From Alphaproteobacteria bacterium (GTDB lineage: Bacteria > Pseudomonadota > Alphaproteobacteria > MPNO01 > UBA830), in NCBI GenBank assembly GCA_964291215.2, contig OZ219791.1, forward strand, positions 384,001-448,000: a stretch of DNA of 64,000 nt, written 5' to 3'. Each line of letters begins with the position of its first letter. Position 1 is the stretch's first letter. Position numbers and translations under genes: made by a program. A model generated the notes under the pieces. It saw only the letters and a program-made list of their open reading frames with translations, was not told where the DNA came from and made no database searches. Positions 56,181 through 64,000 of the stretch are shown one piece after another.

Positions 56181-56612
56181 TCACTCCGCAGGCGCGGTTC
56201 CGGGGGCGTTGCGTCCGAGGATGTATGCTTCGACGAAGTCGAGCTTTCCCTTGATCTCCGCCTGGCCGGTCTCAAGCGTCCGCAGCCGGTTGTCGATTCC
56301 GTCGATGCGTGCGCCGAGCGCGGCGGCGGTGTCGTCGATGCGTTTGACGAGCGCGGCGGCGGTGTCGTCGATACGCTTTCTGGTGTCGTCGATACGCTTG
56401 TTGGTATCGTCGATGCGTTTGACGAGCGCGGCGCCGGTGTCGTCGATACGCCTGTTGGTGTCGTCGATACGCTTGTTGGTGTCGTCGATGCGCTTGCCGA
56501 GCCGATCTTCGAGCCGCAGCATGCTGCGCCACATGAGACCGAGAACGGTCAGCAGGACGACCGGTGTCAGCCAAGGAGAAATCTGGGCGGCGAACTGCGG
56601 TGTCTGATCCAT
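56181..56612 (-). CDS. Membrane-anchored coiled-coil repeat protein (KRIDDT repeats)
   Basis: N-terminal hydrophobic helix, then 7- and 11-aa repeats encoded by 21- and 33-bp DNA units. Confidence 0.75.
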   Translation of the reverse strand: MDQTPQFAAQISPWLTPVVLLTVLGLMWRSMLRLEDRLGKRIDDTNKRIDDTNRRIDDTGAALVKRIDDTNKRIDDTRKRIDDTAAALVKRIDDTAAALGARIDGIDNRLRTLETGQAEIKGKLDFVEAYILGRNAPGTAPAE

Positions 56613-56897
56613 GCCGGCAATATGACACGGCGTGGCATCGAAAGCGAGAGCTTTTTCGGTCCGGCTGGCGTCAGCCAGTGTTACAGCCGCGCCCGCCGCA
56701 AACGGAAGCCCGCTACGTGCGGGCGATATCCCCGATTGGAGAGAGCATCGGCGGTTTGGTACTATCGGTCCTGGAATGCGGCCGTATATTGATCACGTGG
56801 TTGCCGCGAACCGACCCGATGTCGAGAGTTGCGCACGGCTGGCGGTACGTTCTACGATTCCGCAACCTCCGGCAGTTTGCGAGAGCCCCGGCAGACA

Positions 56898-57959
56898 ATG
56901 GCGAGAGACATAGTCGTAAAGGTTCTGGGCAGGATCTTGCCGCCGGATTTCCAGTTTCTGGATTTGCCGCGAAAACACCGAAACATCACCTTCGCCTTCG
57001 ATCGCGATTTACGGGACTATGACTGGCTGCTCGTCTATGATGATCTGCCGCGCACCGGAAATGAGCGACTTCCGATAAGCGAGGAACGACTCGGCTGCGC
57101 CCGTGAGCGAACGATCCTGCTGACATACGAACCCAGTTCGATAAAGTATTACGGAGCCGATTACGTGAATCAGTTCGGTACGGTGATGACCAGTCACGAC
57201 TCCATGTCATTGCAGCACCCCAATCGGATCGAGATGCCGCCCGTCGGGGTGTGGTTCTACGGAGACATGGGTCATGTGACGGCGCATCCGCAGCCGCCAC
57301 AAAAGGCGCGGGAGCTGTCGGTGTTCGCTTCGAGCAAACGCATGCGGCACAGCCTGCATGCCGTCCGGCACGGTTTTCTTGCCGCTCTCCAGCAGGAGTT
57401 CGAGGGAGAGATCGATGTCTACGGGCGCGATCATCGGTATGTCGAGCACAAGGCCGAGGCTCTCGACGGATACCGTTGTCATCTTGCCGTCGAAAACCAC
57501 ATCGCGCCGCACCACTGGACCGAGAAGCTTTCGGACTGTTTTCTCGGTTACTGTCTACCATTTTATGCGGGATGCCCGAATGCCGACGACTATTTCCCGG
57601 CCGAGAGCTTCATCAGGGTCGACATGCACGACAAGAGCGGCGCAGCCTCCATCATTCGCCGGGCGATCCGCGACCGCGAGTTCGAAAAGCGTCTCCCGGC
57701 CATCGTCGAAGCCCGCCGGCGCGTGATCGAGGAGTACAATCTCGGCAATTGCATCAGCAAATATGTTGCCGGGCATCACGAACACACGGCGTCAGCCGGA
57801 ATTGACGGGTCCGTCATCCTGAGCCGTTACAAACTGATGCGCCGCGACCTGCCCGCCTTTCTTCGCTATGCGGCCGGAAAGGTCAGGATGCGACGACGCT
57901 ACAGGAGGCATTGGCGGTCATACATTCGAAGAGACCGGACCGGGCATGCGGGCGACTGA
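56898..57959 (+). CDS. Glycosyltransferase family 10 (alpha-1,3/4-fucosyltransferase-like)
   Basis: K.EAL..Y..HLAVEN....HWTEKLSD.FLG..LPFYAG; adjacent to the GDP-fucose genes. Confidence 0.85.
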   Translation: MARDIVVKVLGRILPPDFQFLDLPRKHRNITFAFDRDLRDYDWLLVYDDLPRTGNERLPISEERLGCARERTILLTYEPSSIKYYGADYVNQFGTVMTSHDSMSLQHPNRIEMPPVGVWFYGDMGHVTAHPQPPQKARELSVFASSKRMRHSLHAVRHGFLAALQQEFEGEIDVYGRDHRYVEHKAEALDGYRCHLAVENHIAPHHWTEKLSDCFLGYCLPFYAGCPNADDYFPAESFIRVDMHDKSGAASIIRRAIRDREFEKRLPAIVEARRRVIEEYNLGNCISKYVAGHHEHTASAGIDGSVILSRYKLMRRDLPAFLRYAAGKVRMRRRYRRHWRSYIRRDRTGHAGD

Positions 57960-58207
57960 TCCGGCGCGCCTTTCGCGTTCGCTTGCGACCCTGGAGACGG
58001 ACGATAGCCCGGATCGCCGCAGATTCGCAGGGCGCCGGGCGCGCCCCCCCGGCTTGCGGCGACATTAGGTGACCTTTCCGGTCATGATCACCTTTGCATG
58101 TCGTCCGCGGGCGTGGCGACGCCATGCAGGCTCCGCGGCGGCGCGGCGTGGCCGGAAACGCGGCACGGGAAACGGCAGCGAACCCGGATTACCGGGAGGT
58201 ATTGGTC

Positions 58208-59662
58208 GTGGCGCATGATGCCGGGACGTTGCTGCCGGTCGTCCTGGCAGGCGGTTACGGAACCCGCCTGTGGCCGGCATCGCGCCGCCTGCGCCCCAAG
58301 CAGTTCCTGCCGATCGGCGGCCCCGAAAGCCTGCTGCAGCGGACGCTGGAACGGCTCGAGGTTCTCGAACATGCGATGCCGATGGTGGTTTGCGGCGAGG
58401 AGCACCGCTTTCTCGCCGCCGAGCAGCTTCGTGCAAGCGGGCTCGAAGATGCGCCGATCCTGCTCGAGCCGGAAGGACGCAACACCGCTGCCGCCGTCGC
58501 ATTCGCGGCCCTGCATGCCGTCGCCATCCTCGACGGCGACCCCCTGCTTCTCGTGCTGCCGTCCGATCATCTGCTGCCGGATCTCGAGGCGTTCCGCAAT
58601 GCCGTTGCAGCGGGCCGGCCCTTCGCTGAGAACGGGCGCCTCGTGACCTTCGGCGTCCGACCCGATCGGCCCGAGACCGGATACGGCTATATCGCCCGCG
58701 GAGACGAGCTCGGCGGCGGCGTCTGCGATGTCGCCCGCTTCGTCGAGAAACCCGACCGCGATACCGCCGAACGCTTCGTTCGAAGCGGAGATTTCTTCTG
58801 GAACAGCGGCATGTTCCTGTTCCGGGCGGCGGCCTGGCTCAGGGAACTCGAACGTCACGAACCCGCGGTTCTCGAGGCCTGCCGCGAAAGCCTGCCGCCC
58901 GGCGGCGCCGCGCCGGACCGGCTCCACCCGTTCGTCCGCCCCGACGCCGAAGCCTTCGCGAAAAGCCCGAAGATCTCGGTCGACAAGGCCGTGATGGAGC
59001 GGACGGCGAAGGCCGTGATGGTGCCGCTGGATGCGAGGTGGAGCGATATCGGATCGTGGTCGGCGCTCTGGGAAGCCGGCGAACGCGACCGGAACGGCAA
59101 CCTGCTGCGCGGCGAAGTGCTTGCCGAGGACGTGCGCAACTGCCTGATCGACAGCGGGAACGCCCTGGTGGGCTGCATCGGGCTTGACGACCTCGTGGTC
59201 GTGGTGACCCGCGATGCAGTCCTGGTGGCCGATCGGAACAGGACTCAGGACGTGCAGGGGCTTGTCGAGACGATCCGGGCGGAGGGGCGCCCGGAACACG
59301 CCGATCACCGGCAGGTCTTCCGGCCGTGGGGCTGGTTCGATATCGTCGACAGCGGCGACCGCTACCAGGTCAAGCGCATCGCCGTCAGGCCCGGCGCCAG
59401 GCTCTCGCTGCAGTATCATCGCCACCGGGCGGAGCACTGGGTCGTGGTCCGTGGCGCGGCCCATGTCAGGAACGACGGGCGGCACTATGTTGTGAGCGAG
59501 AACGAGTCCACCTTCATCCCCGCCGGCAGCGTTCACAGCCTCGAGAACCGGGACGAATCCTTGCTCGAACTCATCGAGATCCAGTCCGGCAGCTATCTTG
59601 GCGAGGACGACATCGTGCGTCTCAAGGACATGTACGGACGGGAGGAAGATCGTGACCTGTGA
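58208..59662 (+). CDS. manC: Mannose-1-phosphate guanylyltransferase / mannose-6-phosphate isomerase
   Basis: LAGGYGTRLWPASR..PKQF, EPEGRNTA, FVEKP, WSDIGSW, cupin LSLQYHRHRAEHWVVV. Confidence 0.95.
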   Translation: MAHDAGTLLPVVLAGGYGTRLWPASRRLRPKQFLPIGGPESLLQRTLERLEVLEHAMPMVVCGEEHRFLAAEQLRASGLEDAPILLEPEGRNTAAAVAFAALHAVAILDGDPLLLVLPSDHLLPDLEAFRNAVAAGRPFAENGRLVTFGVRPDRPETGYGYIARGDELGGGVCDVARFVEKPDRDTAERFVRSGDFFWNSGMFLFRAAAWLRELERHEPAVLEACRESLPPGGAAPDRLHPFVRPDAEAFAKSPKISVDKAVMERTAKAVMVPLDARWSDIGSWSALWEAGERDRNGNLLRGEVLAEDVRNCLIDSGNALVGCIGLDDLVVVVTRDAVLVADRNRTQDVQGLVETIRAEGRPEHADHRQVFRPWGWFDIVDSGDRYQVKRIAVRPGARLSLQYHRHRAEHWVVVRGAAHVRNDGRHYVVSENESTFIPAGSVHSLENRDESLLELIEIQSGSYLGEDDIVRLKDMYGREEDRDL

Positions 59663-60599
59663 TCTTGCGGGCAGGCGGGTCTGGATTGCCGGGCATGCCG
59701 GCATGGCCGGCTCGGCTCTGGTGCGGCGGCTCGGGCGCGAGGGCTGCATCATCCTGACGGCCGGCCGGCACGAACTCGATCTTGTCCGCCAGGAGGCCGT
59801 CGAACAATGGATGGAGGCCAGCCGGCCTGAGGTAATCGTCGTCGCCGCAGCCAAGGTCGGCGGCATCCATGCGAACAACAGCTATCCGGCGGATTTCCTC
59901 TACCGGAACCTCGTGATCGAATCCAACATCATCCATGCCGCCTGGCGCAGCGGAACGGAGAAGCTGCTGTTCCTCGGCTCAAGCTGCATCTATCCGCGCG
60001 ACGCGGCGCAGCCGGTCGCCGAGGACTCCCTGCTGACCGGCCCGCTGGAGCCGACGAACGAATGGTACGCGGTTGCCAAGATCGCCGGGGTCAAGCTCTG
60101 TCAGGCCTACCGGCGCCAGCATGGCTGCGATTTCATTGCCGCGATGCCGACCAACCTCTTCGGGCCCGGCGACAACTTCCACCCCGAGAACAGCCACGTG
60201 CCGGCCGCCCTCCTGGACCGCTTCCACCGGGCAAAGGCGGAGAACCGCGACACGGCCCCGGTGTGGGGATCGGGAAGGCCGCGCCGGGAATTCCTCCATG
60301 TCGACGACATGGCGGACGCCGGCGTGTTCCTGCTGAAGCACTATTCCGATGAAGCGGCTATCAACGTCGGGACCGGCCGGGACATCGCCATCGCCGAATT
60401 CGCGCAGCTGGTAGCGGATGTCGTCGGCTTCCGGGGACGCATCGTCTTCGATCCGTCCCGTCCCGACGGGGCGCCGCAGAAGCGCCTCGACACCCACCGT
60501 ATGCAGGCCCTCGGCTGGACTGCCGGTACCGATCTCAGGGACGGGCTCGAGGCGTATTATCGCTGGTACCTGGACAATCTGGAAAGCCTCCGGACATGA
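59652..60599 (+). CDS. fcl: GDP-L-fucose synthase
   Basis: [49 protein letters not shown]. Confidence 0.96.
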   Translation: MTCDLAGRRVWIAGHAGMAGSALVRRLGREGCIILTAGRHELDLVRQEAVEQWMEASRPEVIVVAAAKVGGIHANNSYPADFLYRNLVIESNIIHAAWRSGTEKLLFLGSSCIYPRDAAQPVAEDSLLTGPLEPTNEWYAVAKIAGVKLCQAYRRQHGCDFIAAMPTNLFGPGDNFHPENSHVPAALLDRFHRAKAENRDTAPVWGSGRPRREFLHVDDMADAGVFLLKHYSDEAAINVGTGRDIAIAEFAQLVADVVGFRGRIVFDPSRPDGAPQKRLDTHRMQALGWTAGTDLRDGLEAYYRWYLDNLESLRT

Positions 60600-61669
60600 G
60601 CGGCAAGACGGCACTGATCACCGGAATCACCGGTCAGGACGGGGCCTACCTGGCCGAGTTCCTGCTTGCGAAGGGCTACCGCGTGCACGGCATCAAGCGC
60701 CGGTCGTCCTCGTTCAACACGGGACGCGTCGATCATCTCTATGTCGACCCGCATGAACGGGACACGGCATTCGAGATGCATTACGGGGACCTCACGGACG
60801 CGACCAACCTGATCCGCCTGGTCCAGGAAACGGAGCCCGACGAGATTTACAACCTGGCGGCGCAAAGCCATGTCCAGGTCAGCTTCGAGACGCCTGAATA
60901 CACCGCGAACGCTGATGCGCTGGGACCGCTGCGGTTGCTTGAGGCGATACGCATCCTTGGCCTCGAAAAGACAGCCCGCTTCTACCAGGCGTCAACGTCG
61001 GAGTTGTTCGGGGCGTCGGACGAGTTCCCGCAGCGCGAGACCACGCCGTTCCGTCCGCGGAGCCCTTACGGGGCGGCCAAGCTCTATGCCTACTGGATAA
61101 CGGTGAACTATCGCGAGGCCTACGGCATGCACGCGTCGAACGGCATCCTCTTCAACCATGAGAGTCCGGTTCGCGGCGAGACCTTCGTCACCCGCAAGAT
61201 CACGCGCGCCGTAGCCGCCATCGAGCACGGGCTTCAGGACTGTCTCTATCTCGGCAATCTTGACGCCGTCCGGGACTGGGGGCATGCGCGGGACTATGTC
61301 GAAGGCATGTGGCTCATGCTGCAGCAAGACAGGCCGGACGACTACGTCCTTGCCACCGGCGAGGCCCGCAGCGTACGCGAGTTCGTCGAACTGGCGTTCG
61401 CCGAAGTCGGCCGCAAGATCGTGTGGCGCGGCGAGGGGGCGGATGAGACCGGGGTTGATGCGGCATCGGGACAGGCGCTCGTCCGCATCGATCCGCGATA
61501 TTTCCGCCCCACAGAAGTCGACCGGCTGCTCGGTGATGCCTCCAAGGCGCGGCGTGTTTTCGGATGGCAGCACCGCACAGGGTTTGAGAAGCTGGTTCAG
61601 GAAATGGTGGGGGAAGACCTCAGGGCCGTTCTTGCATCGACCGCGATATCCGGACAATCAACAACGTAA
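60596..61669 (+). CDS. gmd: GDP-mannose 4,6-dehydratase
   Basis: [58 protein letters not shown]. Confidence 0.97.
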   Translation: MSGKTALITGITGQDGAYLAEFLLAKGYRVHGIKRRSSSFNTGRVDHLYVDPHERDTAFEMHYGDLTDATNLIRLVQETEPDEIYNLAAQSHVQVSFETPEYTANADALGPLRLLEAIRILGLEKTARFYQASTSELFGASDEFPQRETTPFRPRSPYGAAKLYAYWITVNYREAYGMHASNGILFNHESPVRGETFVTRKITRAVAAIEHGLQDCLYLGNLDAVRDWGHARDYVEGMWLMLQQDRPDDYVLATGEARSVREFVELAFAEVGRKIVWRGEGADETGVDAASGQALVRIDPRYFRPTEVDRLLGDASKARRVFGWQHRTGFEKLVQEMVGEDLRAVLASTAISGQSTT

Positions 61670-61681
61670 GGGATCGAAGCC

Positions 61682-62569
61682 ATGAAGATAGTCCTGCTCG
61701 GCACCGGAACGCCGGTCCCGTCCCTGAAGCGCGCGAGCTCGGGGTATCTCGTCGATCTCGGCGGCGAACGCCTGATGTTCGACATCGGGCCGGGCTCGTA
61801 TCACCGGATGATGGAGGCCGGATATCGCGCCATCGACATCGCCGGCCTCTTTCTCTCGCATCTGCATTACGATCACTGCTGCGATTACGGACGCCTGATC
61901 ATGACGCGCTGGGACCAAGGCGCCGGCACGATACCGGAACTGCAGGTATTCGGGCCCCGCCATGCGACACGCATGACGGAACTCCTGTTCGCGAACGATG
62001 GCGTGTTTGGGCCCGACATCGCGGCGCGCACCGGCCACGAGCCGAGCCTCCAGGTCTTCGAGGCACGCGGCGGCACGCGGCCGCGGACCGGGCCGTCGCC
62101 GTCGGTAACCGAAATCGAAAGCGGCTTTGCGGTCGAACGCGACGGCTGGACCTTGCGCGCGGTCGCCGTTCCACACGCGCAGCCACATCTCGACTGTTTC
62201 GGATTCCGCCTCGATACTCCGGCGGGCTCGTTCGCCTATTCGGGCGACGCCGGGCCGTCGAAACCGTTCACCCGCCTTATCGAAGGGTGCGATGTCCTTG
62301 TCCACATGACCTACCAGATTTCGGGCACTGCGCCCGGGCCGGAATGGACCAGGGGCGCCGCCGGTCACCGCGAGGTTGCCGAGACCGCCGCCGCGGCCGG
62401 CGTGGGCAAGCTCGTCGTTACCCATGTCTCGAGCCAGATGGACGCGCCGGGCATCCGTGAACGCCTGATCTCCGAAATGGCGGAGATCTTTGGCGGGCAC
62501 ATCATCTGGGGGGAGGACCTGATGACGATATCCGCCGGCGATCCGACCGTAGAAAGCCATGCGGGTTGA
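61682..62569 (+). CDS. MBL-fold metallohydrolase (RNase Z / arylsulfatase-like)
   Basis: LLGTGTP, SHLHYDH, YSGD, LVVTH. Confidence 0.85.
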   Translation: MKIVLLGTGTPVPSLKRASSGYLVDLGGERLMFDIGPGSYHRMMEAGYRAIDIAGLFLSHLHYDHCCDYGRLIMTRWDQGAGTIPELQVFGPRHATRMTELLFANDGVFGPDIAARTGHEPSLQVFEARGGTRPRTGPSPSVTEIESGFAVERDGWTLRAVAVPHAQPHLDCFGFRLDTPAGSFAYSGDAGPSKPFTRLIEGCDVLVHMTYQISGTAPGPEWTRGAAGHREVAETAAAAGVGKLVVTHVSSQMDAPGIRERLISEMAEIFGGHIIWGEDLMTISAGDPTVESHAG

Positions 62570-62666
62570 GCGCCGGCTCGGGCAGGACTCTTTCCCATGC
62601 TCTTATGAGCTCCACTCCTTGGCTGGTGTTTTGAATGACCGCTGAACAGGGCACGAACTTCCGCAT

Positions 62667-62728
62667 CCTGCCGGATTTTCTGGCTGCGGGGCCGTCTGCG
62701 GGTCGTCGCAGCCAGAAAACCCGGCAGG
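62667..62728. repeat. 22-bp-stem intergenic hairpin
   Basis: CCTGCCGGATTTTCTGGCTGCG / CGCAGCCAGAAAACCCGGCAGG, one mismatch. Confidence 0.7.
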
Positions 62729-62801
62729 GTTGGGCCTGTGCAACCTCCCTCCATCAGCAGTCGGCAAGATTGAACGCGTAGGAAAGGCCCGAGATGTCGT
62801 A

Positions 62802-62992
62802 CACGGCGATCCCACGCTGCTAATCCAGCGGCGACTGGCGAGATTTTTCGGTCTGCGTCGCGCTGCAATCGTGCCGCCAAGGCTCGATGAGACTTTCTCG
62901 GCACCAAAATTGCGATCAAGGGGCTATCTGTGATGACACGAGCCCCAACGCACTCGGATTTCGCGTCTCCAAATTCGCATCGGATCACCGTG
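62802..62992. mobile_element. MITE family A, copy 2 (inverted)
   Basis: Diverged reverse complement of 3807-3994; termini CACGGCGATCC / GGATCACCGTG. Confidence 0.85.
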
Positions 62993-63002
62993 CGGTCCAG
63001 GA

Positions 63003-63185
63003 CAGGGCTCTTCTTTTGTCATGTTTCGTCCGACGAGGGGCGTTGTAGGCAGATCTGGAGGTCCATTCGGGAGCGGATTTCGTTGTCGATATGCCGGTTC
63101 CGACTTTGAGACGGTGCCACTAACTTCAAGAACGGCCACTCTGACACGGTTGTCCGCCGCCGATCGCGACAACAGAATGGTCCTG
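63003..63185. mobile_element. MITE family B, copy 2 (ISAs1-like CAGG ends)
   Basis: 10-bp TSD CGGTCCAGGA at 62993-63002 and 63186-63195. Confidence 0.9.
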
Positions 63186-63275
63186 CGGTCCAGGACCGGT
63201 GCATGTATATCTCCGCCGTGACATGATATAGTTGCTACAACAACCATTTTCAGGACTCTCGAAGGGAGGAAACCG

Positions 63276-64000
63276 ATGAACCGCAGATATCTCGGAACGA
63301 CCCTGCTTGCGGCCAGCGTCGCGCTTGCCGTCATGCCTGCCGGAGCGCTGGCACAATGGCAACCGTCGGGCCCGATCAACCTGATGATCGCGTTCACCGC
63401 CGGCGGTGGCGCCGATACCCAAGCGCGCCTGATCGCCGCCGAACTCGAAAAGCGCAAGGGCTGGAAGATCGTGCCGCAGAACGTCACCGGCAAGGGCGGC
63501 GCGGTCATGGCCGCCAAGCTCATGTCACAACCCAATGACGGCCTTACCATCGGCATCGCCGTCACCGAGACCTTCGGCTACAACATACTGGCGGCGAAAA
63601 AGCGCCAGTTCTCGGAGAAAGACTTCACATACATCACCACGACGGCGGGCAGCCAGATGGGGCTGGTCGCGAAGGCTGATCGCGGCTGGAAGTCGATCCA
63701 TGACGCCGTTGCCGCGGCCAAGGGCGGCAAGACCCTCAGGCTCGGCGCCATGAGCGCCAAGCTCGCCGACATCGCCTACGCCATCGAACAGAAGATGGGC
63801 ATCAAGTTCAACGTCGTCATGCTCCGGGGCGGCCGTGCCGTGGTCAATGCGGTCACCGCTGGCGATGTCGATGTCGGCTGGGGCGCGGGCATCCAGAACA
63901 AGGCCGTCAAGGCTGGCGATCTGGTCAATCTCCTGTCTGGCGAAAAAACGCGCCTCATGCTCTCTCCGGACGTCCCGACACTCGGCGAACTCGGCGTCCC
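63276..64000 (+). CDS. Tripartite tricarboxylate transporter substrate-binding protein (TctC/Bug); runs off the window edge
   Basis: Manual translation: signal peptide, WQPSGPINLMIAFTAGGGADTQARL, NVTGKGG, PNDGLTIG, PDVPTLGELGV; GGAGG RBS. Confidence 0.85.
   Translation, partial: MNRRYLGTTLLAASVALAVMPAGALAQWQPSGPINLMIAFTAGGGADTQARLIAAELEKRKGWKIVPQNVTGKGGAVMAAKLMSQPNDGLTIGIAVTETFGYNILAAKKRQFSEKDFTYITTTAGSQMGLVAKADRGWKSIHDAVAAAKGGKTLRLGAMSAKLADIAYAIEQKMGIKFNVVMLRGGRAVVNAVTAGDVDVGWGAGIQNKAVKAGDLVNLLSGEKTRLMLSPDVPTLGELGV

Noticed and set aside
56290-56495. Regular repeats resembling a CRISPR array
   Set aside because: The units are in-frame 21/33-bp coding repeats without unique spacers, and no cas genes are present in the window.
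58088-59878. Long antisense ORFs (this one, and others such as 37769..39364, 31488..32885, 26514..27851)
   Set aside because: Shadow ORFs typical of high-GC coding DNA, overlapping well-supported genes and lacking motifs.

Overview
High-GC alphaproteobacterial chromosome segment (Rhodospirillales-like gene content; the taxonomy is inferred). Core genes: MetE-like, alpha/beta hydrolase, amidohydrolase, guaB-guaA, rlmE-ppx, tRNA-Gln(CUG), glnB-glnA with sigma54/NtrC sites, a GT10-manC-fcl-gmd GDP-fucose cluster and a TctC-type binding protein. Two IS-saturated accessory zones interrupt them (about 7.46-20.4 kb after guaA, and about 22.65-53.6 kb around tRNA-Gln). The main finding is a 19.6-kb integrative element (25949-45530) bounded by a 7-bp direct repeat, TCGGGTG. 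It splits an IS66 copy in its 5' non-coding end. It carries two tandem, translationally coupled tyrosine integrases; a leading-region-like module (five-repeat CxxC zinc-finger protein, SSB, DUF2493/SLOG, long hairpin); a decayed type I R-M locus with HEPN/MNT; and an intact Sir2-HerA defence pair. The same IS66 family also hosts two antisense group II introns at different sites and carries a Dam-like methylase N-terminal fragment. At least four MITE families with readable TIRs and TSDs are present. Many multi-copy IS sequences are riddled with small deletions, which may be real decay or assembly/polishing artefact. All family calls come from motif recognition by eye; no database searches were run.
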